A stretch of DNA of 62,467 bases, counting the filler, from Bdellovibrionota bacterium (GTDB lineage Bacteria > Bdellovibrionota > Bdellovibrionia > Bdellovibrionales > JAEYZS01): the NCBI GenBank assembly GCA_963169515.1. It is 6 parts of 6 records of this genome, joined end to end, with 100 filler letters (N's around TTAATTAATTAA, not from the genome) between each part and the next. Parts side by side here need not be neighbours in the genome. Positions count along the whole stretch, not along the records: positions 1 to 26,026 come from CAUJEF010000139.1; 5 more parts are not named here. The stretch is one strand, 5' to 3'. Position 1 is the stretch's first letter; every line of letters begins with the position of its first letter. Below are positions 10,245-20,111 of the stretch, in pieces. Made by a program: the position numbers and the translations under genes. The notes beneath the pieces were generated by a model. The model did no database searches and was not told where the DNA came from. It saw only the letters and a list, made by a program, of their open reading frames with translations.

Positions 10245-10260
10245 TGGCACCCCGTTTGCC
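10245..10260 (+). promoter_or_regulatory. sigma54 promoter of the divergent receiver-like gene
   Basis: TGGCAC-CCCGT-TTGCC. Confidence 0.75.
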
Positions 10261-10297
10261 TCACTGAACAAGCAAAACAACAGGGAGCGAGGAATTT

Positions 10298-10807
10298 ATG
10301 GAGTTTGCCTCAAGTATTTTTGGCTGGGACAACATGAAGGTAACGCATTTGTGGCCCAATTTTTTTAAGAACAATAATAAAAAAATTCTTGTAATTGAAG
10401 ACGATGATGAGATGGGAAGTGTAATCAAAAAAAGTTTGCGCTCTAAAATTTCATTCTTAATCCCACTCCGAGACCACAACTTTGATTTTGAATACAAGTC
10501 GGACCCAGAAGATGCGCTGAGGTGTTTTCTCCAAGACGATATGGATCTCATAATTCTGGACTGGAATTTTAGGGCGATGAACGCAAACGAAGTTATGAAG
10601 CTGTTTGATGAGCAAATCGAAAAGAATCTGACAGCCGATCGATTGGTTCGAAAAACACCAGTGGTTATTCTGGCGCCCAATAATTTTAACGAGCAAGATT
10701 TGGATCTGAAATACTTTTATTTATATAAAACAATACCTCGAAACTCTTCTGCTGCAAAAATTGTCAATTTGTTAAATTCAACGGTACATTCCGCTCTGAC
10801 ACATTAA
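10298..10807 (+). CDS. Atypical receiver-domain protein
   Basis: KILVIEDD, DLIILDW and TPVVIL present; the conserved KP motif is not evident. Confidence 0.7.
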   Translation: MEFASSIFGWDNMKVTHLWPNFFKNNNKKILVIEDDDEMGSVIKKSLRSKISFLIPLRDHNFDFEYKSDPEDALRCFLQDDMDLIILDWNFRAMNANEVMKLFDEQIEKNLTADRLVRKTPVVILAPNNFNEQDLDLKYFYLYKTIPRNSSAAKIVNLLNSTVHSALTH

Positions 10808-10858
10808 TCTTGTGAAAGGAGCTTGCCATGATCAATAAGCGCTTGCTAAAGTTCAACT

Positions 10859-11584
10859 ATGAGCATAATGCGGAGCATAGTCATTCTTGTTGGGCTTTGT
10901 GCCAATGCACATGGCTATGAGCTACGACCAATTAAATTGAAATACTCCAATGTTTTTTTAATCAAAGCGCAAAAAAATATTCTAGTCGATACAGGCTCTA
11001 AAGGTGAAATTGAAGATCTTATAAAAAGGTTATCGGACATGAAGGTGAAGTTGGACGATGTGTCTCTGGTCGTTTTGACACATGCTCATTCTGATCATGC
11101 GGCAAATGTTGCGGAAATCAAGCATCGGTCTAAGGCAAAGGTCGTTTTGCAACGAGGGGATTTAGGATTTGCAACTGCAGGTGACCACGGAAAGCTTCGC
11201 GTAAGCTCATTTTTAGGTTATTTCTTAAAATGGTTTATTGACCCGAAATATGAGGCTTTTACCCCTGATTTTATTTATGACAGTATGTATGATCTGATTC
11301 CATGGGGGATCGGCGGCTATATTATGGCAATGCCGGGTCATACCAAAGGATCAAGTGTCATCATTGTTGATCAAACAAAAGCTTTTGTGGGCGATATGTT
11401 TATGGGTGGCTACTTTGGAGGTGCCTACAGACCAGAAAAGCCAGGGGAATACTATTTTAGCGACGATATTGAAAGAAATAAATCAAATATTAAAGTTCTA
11501 ATCGACATGGGCATTGAGACTTTTTATGTGGGCCATGGTGGGCCGGTTTCCCGATCTGATCTTGTCAAGTGGATTACAGATTAA
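10859..11584 (+). CDS. Secreted MBL-fold metallo-hydrolase
   Basis: Signal peptide; THAHSDH, PGHTKGS, GD, GHG. Confidence 0.9.
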   Translation: MSIMRSIVILVGLCANAHGYELRPIKLKYSNVFLIKAQKNILVDTGSKGEIEDLIKRLSDMKVKLDDVSLVVLTHAHSDHAANVAEIKHRSKAKVVLQRGDLGFATAGDHGKLRVSSFLGYFLKWFIDPKYEAFTPDFIYDSMYDLIPWGIGGYIMAMPGHTKGSSVIIVDQTKAFVGDMFMGGYFGGAYRPEKPGEYYFSDDIERNKSNIKVLIDMGIETFYVGHGGPVSRSDLVKWITD

Positions 11585-12071
11585 TTCTTGGTGGCTTTAC
11601 GTAAACGAACTTTCCATCCAGCAGGCGCAGTTTTCCTAAAAGAACTTCGGCGTTATTTTCGAATGGTGGGATCACAATTACAATATCTTCGTTTTTATTC
11701 TTAGGTAACTTGTAGCCTGGACCACGAGGCGCATTCTTGCTAAATTTGATTTTGGTATGTTCGGAAAATGCACGGAAGATTTCAATTTCAGGTATGTATT
11801 GTTTCGTAAGGTCGACGATTTCGTTTTCGATTATTTTTAGAACTTTGAGCCGGAATCCATCGACGGCTTCCAAGAACAGAACCAATTCGCTTTGGCCATC
11901 CATAAAAACAGCAAGCTCACCCCAGCCATTTTCAAAATGGGTGAAACGCATATAAGTCTTTTGTTCGTTGATAATAAGATTTGAAAATTCTCCTGGCTTT
12001 TCAGAAAATTCCCGGACAGTCTTTGGCGGAACTCCAAAAATTCGTTTAAAGACCATTACTATATCAGACAT
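11574..12071 (-). CDS. Hypothetical protein
   Basis: 165-aa ORF filling the gap; no recognised motif. Confidence 0.55.
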   Translation of the reverse strand: MSDIVMVFKRIFGVPPKTVREFSEKPGEFSNLIINEQKTYMRFTHFENGWGELAVFMDGQSELVLFLEAVDGFRLKVLKIIENEIVDLTKQYIPEIEIFRAFSEHTKIKFSKNAPRGPGYKLPKNKNEDIVIVIPPFENNAEVLLGKLRLLDGKFVYVKPPRINL

Positions 12072-12206
12072 TGTTTTATTTTATGGCAATTGTTTGGGTT
12101 TTCGCAGTATTTATTTATCCTTAGCTTGTTCTTTGCTAGTCTTTGGAATGGACATTAACTTAAATTAATTAGCAATGACGTAAGCAGAAGGCTACAATTT
12201 GCTGTT

Positions 12207-13433
12207 ATGAAATTTCGATATTTCATCCCTGTTTTTGCTTTGATTTCAAGCATAGGCCTTGCTGCGGGTAAATCCAAAGTTGATTTGAGCATGGCTTTTT
12301 TGTCGGCGTTGGAAAAGACAGAAACAAATGCAATTGACCGCTCGTTAATTAATCAGGCTGATGCCCAGGTGGGTAAGGCACGCGCAAAATTTCTTCCGCA
12401 ATTATCTGCGACGGGGGAATATTCCCCTGCAAACTCCTATGAATCCGAACAATACTCTGCGAAACTTACCCTTACTCAATCGCTGTTTCAGGGTGGTCAA
12501 TATAAATCCGCCTATAATGCGGCAAAAGCGACAAAAACTTATGCGGATCGTGCGGCAGAGGCTTCGCGTAACGAAATTTTTTCGAACGTTGCACGGAGTT
12601 TTTTTAAAGTCCGTTCAACTGAAGAGGAAGTTAAGAATTTGAATAATACAATTCAAGTTGCCCAGTCGCGAATAGCCGATTTGCGGAAACGACTTAAAAT
12701 TGGACGCAGCCGCGTTGGAGAGGTGTTGACAGCTCAGTCTCAGCTGGCCGTTTTGCAATCACAACTGGAACAGGCCGAGGGGCAGCTTTCGACGGCGCGT
12801 GATGATTTTGCTTATGTGACAGGCTTAGATCGAAATGCAGAGCTGGATGAAAGAATAAGTGCACCGAAACCAAAAAGATTGGAAGAGTATCTGGAGCTTG
12901 TATCCAAGAGGCCCGACATTCAAGCATTGGATGCAAAATGGGTCGCGGCAAAAGAAAATGTCGGTGTTGCCCGCGGGAAACATTTGCCGACGCTTGCTGC
13001 AGTTGGAAACTATTATTTCGCTGGAAACGGAACCCGTGAGCCCGATGACTGGGACGCGGGGGTCGCGTTAACATTGCCGCTTTTTGAGGGGGGTGGAACG
13101 CAAGCAGGGGTCCGTGAAGCTATTGAAGTGGCCAGTCAGTCTGAGCTGGCATTTAAACAAAAACAGAGGGCTGCAGAGGCAGAAGTGCGATCGAATTATC
13201 ACAGCCTGGTTAGTTTGCTTGAACAAATCGAAGCGCTTGAAAAGGCGTTAGATGCGTCGGAAAAAAATTATCGAGAACAGGTCAAAGATTACAGATATAG
13301 TACGGTGACGAACTTGGACGTGATTCAGGCGCTCAACACATTTCACGATGCCAAGCGATCGCTCGACCGAACACGTTTTGATGCACAAGTTGCATGGGCA
13401 AACCTAAAAGCATCAGTTTCGCAGGTACCTTGA
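12207..13433 (+). CDS. TolC-family outer membrane efflux protein
   Basis: Signal peptide; FLPQLS, RPDIQA, LTLPLFEGG; helical repeats. Confidence 0.9.
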   Translation: MKFRYFIPVFALISSIGLAAGKSKVDLSMAFLSALEKTETNAIDRSLINQADAQVGKARAKFLPQLSATGEYSPANSYESEQYSAKLTLTQSLFQGGQYKSAYNAAKATKTYADRAAEASRNEIFSNVARSFFKVRSTEEEVKNLNNTIQVAQSRIADLRKRLKIGRSRVGEVLTAQSQLAVLQSQLEQAEGQLSTARDDFAYVTGLDRNAELDERISAPKPKRLEEYLELVSKRPDIQALDAKWVAAKENVGVARGKHLPTLAAVGNYYFAGNGTREPDDWDAGVALTLPLFEGGGTQAGVREAIEVASQSELAFKQKQRAAEAEVRSNYHSLVSLLEQIEALEKALDASEKNYREQVKDYRYSTVTNLDVIQALNTFHDAKRSLDRTRFDAQVAWANLKASVSQVP

Positions 13434-13434
13434 T

Positions 13435-16400
13435 ATGAATATATCAGAAGTTTCTATCCGAAATCATGTCTTTGCTTGGATGCTGATGGCGGCACTTCTT
13501 ATTTTTGGCGGCATCAGTTTCAGTAGAATGGGCGTGAGCAATTTGCCTGACGTGGATTTCCCTATGGTGAGCATCAGCGTCGATCTCGATGGGGCGGCTC
13601 CAGAGGTTATGGAGCTTGATGTTGTAGATTTGATCGAAGGATCGCTTACCACGGTCCAAGGGGTTCGTAGCATTTCTTCATCTTCTCGAACAGGAAGCGC
13701 ACGAATTACTGTCGAATTTGGCTTGGACAAAGACATCGACGTTGCGGTTCAAGAAATTCAAACTGCAATTAGCCGAGTGCTAGGACGATTACCTGATGAC
13801 ATAGATCCCCCATCCGTTCGGAAATCCAATCCGGAAGATCATCCCATTTTGTGGTTGAGTGTTTCGGCGACCGATATGGAGCAAAAAGATCTCATGGCGT
13901 TGGTGCGTGACCAGGTTCAAGATCGGTTTTCAACAGTTCCCGGTGTTGGCGATGTGTTTTTGGGCGGTTACCGTGAACCCAATTTGCGGATATGGCTTGA
14001 TCAAAATAAGCTGGATCAATACCAGTTGACCGCAGATGATGTGATTAGCGCTGTTCAGCGCGAACACTCAGAAAAGCCCGGCGGACGTATAGAGACCGCC
14101 GACCAAGAACTCAACATTCGAACGATGGGCGAGGCGCCAACGGTCGACGATTTTGGGGACATTACCATCAGTCGTCGGGGAGGGGCGCTCAATTACCTGC
14201 CGGTGCCGCTCAAGGCGGTAGCAAAAGTTGAAGAGGGCACGGCCGATATTAGAAGTATTACAAGATCGCAAGGAAAGGTCTCTGTGGGGCTTGGAATTCG
14301 CAAGCAGCCGGGCTCAAATGCGGTATCAGTTGCAAAAGGGGTTAAGGAGCGCTTGAAAGAGGTTCAAGAGCGTCTTCCTGAAAATGTTAAAATCGGAGTT
14401 CCATTTGATTCGACCGTGTTTATCGAAGAAGCCGTCAGCGAACTAAACCATACGTTGCTTTTGTCCGCATTATTAACAGCTTTGGTGTGTTGGCTTTTCC
14501 TTGGATCATGGTCCGCTACTGTGAATGTTATTATGGCGATTCCGACTTCAATTGTTGGTAGTTTTATTATTCTTTATGCGCTTGGATTTACGTTGAATAC
14601 CTTTACCTTGCTGGGGCTGTCACTTGCGATTGGTATTGTGGTGGATGATGCGATTATGGTTTTAGAAAATATCGTGCGACACAAAGAGATGGGAAAAAGC
14701 CGGATGAATGCCGCCCTGGATGGATCGCGCGAAATTATTTTGGCGGCGATGGCGGCAACCGCTGCGATTGTTGCCATATTTTTACCTGTTGCGTTTATGG
14801 AAGGGATTATTGGAAAATATTTCTTGCAGTTCGGTGTAACGCTATCAATCGCAGTAGTCCTTTCACTTTTGGAAGCATTAACGCTCACGCCGATGCGAAC
14901 GTCGCGATTTCTATCGGTTGAGCCAAGAACGACAGTTGTTGGGCGGGCGATCGAAAGGGGATTTCATCGTGCGTCTAATCTGTATCGCAAAATTATTCCG
15001 ATCACTCTTAATCATCCTTTTTTGACAGTACTTGGAGCGGTGGCGTTTTTTATTGGAACAATTTTAATTGGGAAAAATTTAAAGCAGGAATTTGTTCCAC
15101 CACAGGATCAGGGACGCCTGATGGTCCGCATTCAAACGCCGGTTGGATCTTCATTGCCGTTCACGGATTCGAAAATGAAGGAAGTCGAAAGCTACCTTAC
15201 TTCGCGTTCTGAAATAGAAAGCTATTTTGGGTCTGTTGGCGGCGGCATGGGAGGATCATCGGTAAATTCTGGAATGTTGTTCCTGAACCTGAAGCCCCGC
15301 AGTCAACGCATGAGTGCCCAGGAATTGATTCCTGTTTTGCGAAAAGATATGTCAAAGATCAAAGATGCCAAAATTGGGATACAGGACCCATCGCTTTCAG
15401 GGTTTGCATCAGGCAGAGGATATCCGGTGGAATTTACAATTCGTGGAGCGAATTGGGACAAACTTATTGAGCTTTCAGGAAAAATGACGGAAGCCATGGA
15501 AAAATCGGGTCAGATGACCGATGTCGATACGAATTATGAAAAGGGTATGCCTGAGGTTCAAGTGATGCCTGATCGAGTGAAGGCTCGCCTGCGCGGAGTT
15601 GACGTTGCTGCGATTTCATCAACAGTAAATGTGATGATGGCGGGGGCGGTGGCGGGAAAGTTCTCAAAAGACGGTAAGCGTTTTGATGTCCGCGTGGCGC
15701 TTCCGGTTTCAGCACGCGATTCGGCAGAAACGCTTAAGCGCCTTAAGGTTAGAAATAATCGGGGCGAGCTAATCCCATTATCCGATGTCGTAACGCTGAG
15801 GCAACATGAGGGTTTGCAGTCTATTTCCAGAGAGGATCGCCAGAGAGCAATTAATATATTTGCAAATGTGGCAAAGAACAGTTCGCAGGCAGAAGCGATT
15901 AAAACAGTTCAGCGTTTGGCGGATGAAGTTTTACCCCAAGGCTATGCGGCGGTGATGAGTGGCAGCGCACGAACATTTAAGGAATCATTTTCGAGCCTAA
16001 TTTTCGCTCTTGTTTTGGGTATTGTCGTGGCGTATATGGTCTTGGCTTCCCAATTTAATAGTTTTATTCATCCGATCACAATTTTGATTGCGTTGCCGTT
16101 CAGTGTATCGGGTGCTTTTATCGCACTTGCAATTGGCGGACAGACGTTAAACATTTACAGCATGATTGGTTTGATTTTGTTGATGGGAATTGTAAAGAAA
16201 AACTCGATCCTTTTGGTTGAGTTTACTAACCATATGCGCGGCCAGGGAATGGACGTGCGGGATGCTCTGATTGAGGCCTGCCCGATTCGGTTGCGTCCGA
16301 TTTTAATGACGTCGATTGCGACGATTGTGGGTGCGATACCGCCGGCCCTTGCTATCGGGCCGGGGGCAGAAAGTCGAATTCCGATGGCCCTTGCAATTAT

Positions 16401-16506
16401 CGGCGGCGTGCTTGTTTCGACCATACTAACACTCCTTATCGTCCCCTGCGTATACCTACTTTTTCAAAAGGTACCCACTCACTTTTGGCGTGACGACGCG
16501 TCGTGA
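13435..16506 (+). CDS. RND efflux permease (AcrB/MdtBC-like, HAE1)
   Basis: 1023 aa; GIVVDDAI, KKNSILLVEF, RLRPILMTS. Confidence 0.95.
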   Translation: MNISEVSIRNHVFAWMLMAALLIFGGISFSRMGVSNLPDVDFPMVSISVDLDGAAPEVMELDVVDLIEGSLTTVQGVRSISSSSRTGSARITVEFGLDKDIDVAVQEIQTAISRVLGRLPDDIDPPSVRKSNPEDHPILWLSVSATDMEQKDLMALVRDQVQDRFSTVPGVGDVFLGGYREPNLRIWLDQNKLDQYQLTADDVISAVQREHSEKPGGRIETADQELNIRTMGEAPTVDDFGDITISRRGGALNYLPVPLKAVAKVEEGTADIRSITRSQGKVSVGLGIRKQPGSNAVSVAKGVKERLKEVQERLPENVKIGVPFDSTVFIEEAVSELNHTLLLSALLTALVCWLFLGSWSATVNVIMAIPTSIVGSFIILYALGFTLNTFTLLGLSLAIGIVVDDAIMVLENIVRHKEMGKSRMNAALDGSREIILAAMAATAAIVAIFLPVAFMEGIIGKYFLQFGVTLSIAVVLSLLEALTLTPMRTSRFLSVEPRTTVVGRAIERGFHRASNLYRKIIPITLNHPFLTVLGAVAFFIGTILIGKNLKQEFVPPQDQGRLMVRIQTPVGSSLPFTDSKMKEVESYLTSRSEIESYFGSVGGGMGGSSVNSGMLFLNLKPRSQRMSAQELIPVLRKDMSKIKDAKIGIQDPSLSGFASGRGYPVEFTIRGANWDKLIELSGKMTEAMEKSGQMTDVDTNYEKGMPEVQVMPDRVKARLRGVDVAAISSTVNVMMAGAVAGKFSKDGKRFDVRVALPVSARDSAETLKRLKVRNNRGELIPLSDVVTLRQHEGLQSISREDRQRAINIFANVAKNSSQAEAIKTVQRLADEVLPQGYAAVMSGSARTFKESFSSLIFALVLGIVVAYMVLASQFNSFIHPITILIALPFSVSGAFIALAIGGQTLNIYSMIGLILLMGIVKKNSILLVEFTNHMRGQGMDVRDALIEACPIRLRPILMTSIATIVGAIPPALAIGPGAESRIPMALAIIGGVLVSTILTLLIVPCVYLLFQKVPTHFWRDDAS

Positions 16507-17250
16507 TCCGTATTTCGGACCATTTTTATGGTATCTGTGAATAAACCTTAGAATGGCTGGATTTGCAGGGTTGCATATGGTTCATATGCCAAGAAAAATA
16601 ATTCCACCATCAAGTAATTTCCCATACCATGTTACGGCCCGAACCAATAATAGAGAGTTTTTCAAGCTTAACTTATCTGTCATATGGGAAATCTACTCTG
16701 ATTATTTGTTTTTCTTAAACAAAGGTTTTGACTTCAATATTCACCTGTTTGTGTTGATGAATAACCATTTCCATCTTGTTGTCGACACCCCTGATGCAAA
16801 TCTCGGTGAAGGTATGAATTATTTCTTGCGAGAGACGAGTCGTATAATTACACGAGAAACAAATTCAATTAATCATCTTTACGGCGGTCGTTATTTTCGC
16901 TCTTTGATTCAAACAGAAGCTCACTATCGAAATGTGTACCGTTATTGTTATCAAAATCCAATACGGGCGGGAATTGTTAGGGAATCGCAGAGTTATCCAT
17001 TCAGCACACTGCGGGGATTGATTGGGTTTCAGAAAATGTGGATACCTCTGTGTGAAGATGTCATTTTTTTCTCATCAGATCTGGAAGAATATCTTGAATG
17101 GATTAATTGCACATTTGAACCCGACGAATTAGAGGCTATTAGAGCAGGGCTAAGAAAAACTATTTTTAAACTTCCTAAAAACAGCGCCGGATATCTTAAC
17201 GAATTAAACAACTTTGACGCTCCGTCACGCCAAAAGTGAGTGGGTACCTT
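16468..17250. mobile_element. RAYT element bounded by 28-bp perfect inverted repeats
   Basis: AAGGTACCCACTCACTTTTGGCGTGACG at 16468-16495 and its reverse complement at 17223-17250 flank a Y1 transposase gene. Confidence 0.8.
16586..17239 (+). CDS. REP-associated tyrosine transposase (RAYT, Y1_Tnp/IS200-like HUH)
   Basis: MPRK start, YHVTARTNN, LMNNHFHL (HUH), YCYQNPIRAG, YPFST. Confidence 0.9.
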   Translation: MPRKIIPPSSNFPYHVTARTNNREFFKLNLSVIWEIYSDYLFFLNKGFDFNIHLFVLMNNHFHLVVDTPDANLGEGMNYFLRETSRIITRETNSINHLYGGRYFRSLIQTEAHYRNVYRYCYQNPIRAGIVRESQSYPFSTLRGLIGFQKMWIPLCEDVIFFSSDLEEYLEWINCTFEPDELEAIRAGLRKTIFKLPKNSAGYLNELNNFDAPSRQK

Positions 17251-18433
17251 AGAAAGTTGCGGGGTCGTAGTCGATGACTATGCTTGCGCCTTGTGGGGGA
17301 ATGGCGGAGCCGCGGAATTCTACGTAGTGGAAACCGCTGTCTAAAACATAGGCCCACCCGTTGGATGGATTTTCTGGAATATTTACGCCATTGACGGTCA
17401 CAACAATGCTTCCCATAACCGGTTCACGCGAAAGTTGGAATCGGCTTGAAAGAGTAATAATTTGGCGAGCGATATCATTTAACTGCTGCGAAAAATCCGT
17501 ACTGCAAATGCTTCCGATCACGCCATTTGTCGCAGCGGAAATTGCCATATAGCGATTGCCTTGAGTCGCTTGGGGGTGCAATCCATACGGACAGTTGTTG
17601 ATATCCTGAAGTATAATTCCATTCACATTGTATTTCCGGTTTCCAGGCACCCCACCAGTGTAGCCATCCATAAATGTCACGAACTCGTCGACATATTCTT
17701 GGTCACTAGAATAATTCGTTAAATTTTGTTTACGCGATTGGTCTTCTTCGTCGGTGACAATAATTACAGCTAAAAACGCGTCGGGTCTGCGGAAACTCGA
17801 CAAAACGGTGTGCGTTTCCCCGCCATAGCCGATGCTTCCGTCGGAATTTCTACGCAAAATGGAACGCAAACTTTGGAGGCCTGCTTCAGCAACACCGTCA
17901 CCACGAGTACCGGTTCGAATATTAGTTGCAAACGTGCTGAGAACTGTTGCTGGCGGCATTGCACTTGTGAGCAAGTAAGTGCCACTTCGTGCACCTGGCG
18001 TTCCAGGAATTCCGTAAATATCGCCATCGCGAAATTGAGTTAAAGTACCAAAATTTGCATAGGTAGAATTACAATCAGCGCTAGAATAATATTGAAGGTT
18101 TGGATTATGTGTTGGATTTGGGTTTGAGCTGCAAGTTCCAGCGTTGTAATCATATTCACGAATCCAGGCGTCAACACCGCTAACCACCATCCTGTTATCA
18201 TAACCTTGACCGACAAAGTCCCCGATGAAATCGGTGAAGTTGTTTGCAAGATTGGATTGGTGATTCACCATCGTGCCAGAGGCATCGACCATCCAAATGA
18301 TATCAATTTTGTTGTTAAATGAAGATGTGCTTTGTTGGAAAACATCAGTTTCTGGAAGTAAAGAAAAATTAGGATCTCCGCCACCACAACCAAATAAAGT
18401 AAGCAGTGCAAATCCAAGGGCTAAGTGTTTCAT
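17249..18433 (-). CDS. VWA-domain lipoprotein (CglB-like)
   Basis: Lipobox LFG-C; IDIIWMVDASGTM MIDAS-type motif, VTDEED, GSICS; AAGGAAGG RBS. Confidence 0.75.
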   Translation of the reverse strand: MKHLALGFALLTLFGCGGGDPNFSLLPETDVFQQSTSSFNNKIDIIWMVDASGTMVNHQSNLANNFTDFIGDFVGQGYDNRMVVSGVDAWIREYDYNAGTCSSNPNPTHNPNLQYYSSADCNSTYANFGTLTQFRDGDIYGIPGTPGARSGTYLLTSAMPPATVLSTFATNIRTGTRGDGVAEAGLQSLRSILRRNSDGSIGYGGETHTVLSSFRRPDAFLAVIIVTDEEDQSRKQNLTNYSSDQEYVDEFVTFMDGYTGGVPGNRKYNVNGIILQDINNCPYGLHPQATQGNRYMAISAATNGVIGSICSTDFSQQLNDIARQIITLSSRFQLSREPVMGSIVVTVNGVNIPENPSNGWAYVLDSGFHYVEFRGSAIPPQGASIVIDYDPATF

Positions 18434-19028
18434 ACGTACCTTCCTTAAACGGACAACATGAAATTTTACCCATTTGAATTTACATACCAGGACAGGCCCA
18501 CAATTAACTTGGGGCCTGAGGGGTTCTTTACATTTTACCGCACTTTGGTCCAGGCCCGCAAAAGCACTGTAATTCATGGAAATAACAATGGAATTGATAA
18601 ACCTTCTCAGAATGAGACAGGCTATCTACTGAAATATTCTGCGTTTGTAATTTCACTCAATATTTATTCTCAAAATAACTATCTAAAAGTTTTTCGAAAT
18701 TTTGAAATTATCGACAAAACTGTCGGTGTATTAGCGATGAGTACCTTCTTGTTTTTCTGCTCAGTTTCTAAGCTAGCGGTTGACCGTTTGTAATTCAAAA
18801 AATGGCAAAATATGCTGTATTAGCAAATTATACTGGATGCCATAACTGTAACCATACGGTTTAGTTCAAAAATTCTTGATGTGAATATTTTTAATAAAAC
18901 GGCTGTTATCTTAATTGACCAAGGTCTGGAGGTCTCATAGCGTTAATATGACCACTTTATATAAACCAGTAATAGGGGCTGGTGTTTCTACAGAGTGCCG
19001 AGAACACTCTACTATCGGGGGGGATGAA

Positions 19029-20036
19029 ATGAAGAAGTTTCTATTTGTAATGCTGTTGGCATTATCCGTAAATGCGTATGCAAAGCCCATTAGTATTATG
19101 GCTTACAACGCTGAGAATCTGTTCAATACAACATTTGATCAAGGCACAGACGATTATACGTATCTGCCTCTGGCGACAAAACAAAAAATGCCGGAACAGG
19201 CGGCTTACTGTGCAAGTATGCCAGAAGGACAGTACAAGAAAGACTGTTTAACAGTTGATTGGACGCCAAAACTCTACAAACAAAAAATCATGAACCTATC
19301 TGAAGTAATTACCTCTTTTGACCAACGTGGGGTGGGCCCAGACATAATTGTTATGGAAGAAATCGAAAATATCGAGGTCTTGGAGGATATTGTAACGATT
19401 GGCCTGCCGGGCCTTGGTTACGAACAAGTGGTTTTGATAGAAGGTGATGATTCACGCGGTATTGACGTGGGTCTTATTTCTAAATTTCCCGTTGTGAGCG
19501 CAAAACATCATTCCGTTTATTTAAATCGAAAAAAATTAAACACTCGCGGAATTCTCGAGGTGACCCTTGATGTTCGTGGAAAACTTGTAACAGTGTTTGG
19601 AAACCATTGGCCAAGCCAAAATAATCCTGCGGAAGAACGCGTCGCTCACGCGAAACTTTTATCCAGATTGGCGGCTGCGACAACGTCAGATTTTGTTGTT
19701 GCTGTCGGGGATTTTAATACGGTCTCAACTGATGACCCTCAACCTTTCGATGTGCTGGACGGGTTCATAGATGCTGAAGTTAAAGCCCGTGCGATGGGGG
19801 TCCCATTGAACCCTGGCTCTCACTTCTTTAAAGATGAGTGGCAATCCTTAGATCGTATTTTTGTACATGAAAATTCAGTGTTGACCCCAATTTGGAGTTC
19901 ATTTCAATTTGTGGTCCGCCCGTTTATGATGGGACCCGACGGTGGCCCGATGCGCTTTAATAAAACCACGGGGCGGGGTTATTCTGATCATTTGCCAGTG
20001 ACAGTAAAAGTGGAAATAGACAATCGATACTGGTAA
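19029..20036 (+). CDS. Secreted endonuclease/exonuclease/phosphatase-family protein
   Basis: Signal peptide; YNAENLF, EIEN, NHWPS, GDFN, LDRI, YSDHLPV. Confidence 0.9.
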   Translation: MKKFLFVMLLALSVNAYAKPISIMAYNAENLFNTTFDQGTDDYTYLPLATKQKMPEQAAYCASMPEGQYKKDCLTVDWTPKLYKQKIMNLSEVITSFDQRGVGPDIIVMEEIENIEVLEDIVTIGLPGLGYEQVVLIEGDDSRGIDVGLISKFPVVSAKHHSVYLNRKKLNTRGILEVTLDVRGKLVTVFGNHWPSQNNPAEERVAHAKLLSRLAAATTSDFVVAVGDFNTVSTDDPQPFDVLDGFIDAEVKARAMGVPLNPGSHFFKDEWQSLDRIFVHENSVLTPIWSSFQFVVRPFMMGPDGGPMRFNKTTGRGYSDHLPVTVKVEIDNRYW

Positions 20037-20069
20037 CAAATTCCCGAGGCAAATTGACCCAAATTCCAA

Positions 20070-20085
20070 TGGAACGAGATTTGCT
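20070..20085 (+). promoter_or_regulatory. sigma54 promoter of the CBS gene, embedded in a hairpin
   Basis: TGGAAC-GAGAT-TTGCT; overlaps the 9-bp inverted repeat TGGAACGAG/CTCGTTCCA. Confidence 0.65.
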
Positions 20086-20111
20086 CGTTCCAACTGGATG
20101 GAGGATCAATC

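Noticed and set aside
16553..16576. sigma54 promoter before the RAYT gene
   Set aside because: GG-to-GC spacings are 8, 12 or more nt, not the required 10.
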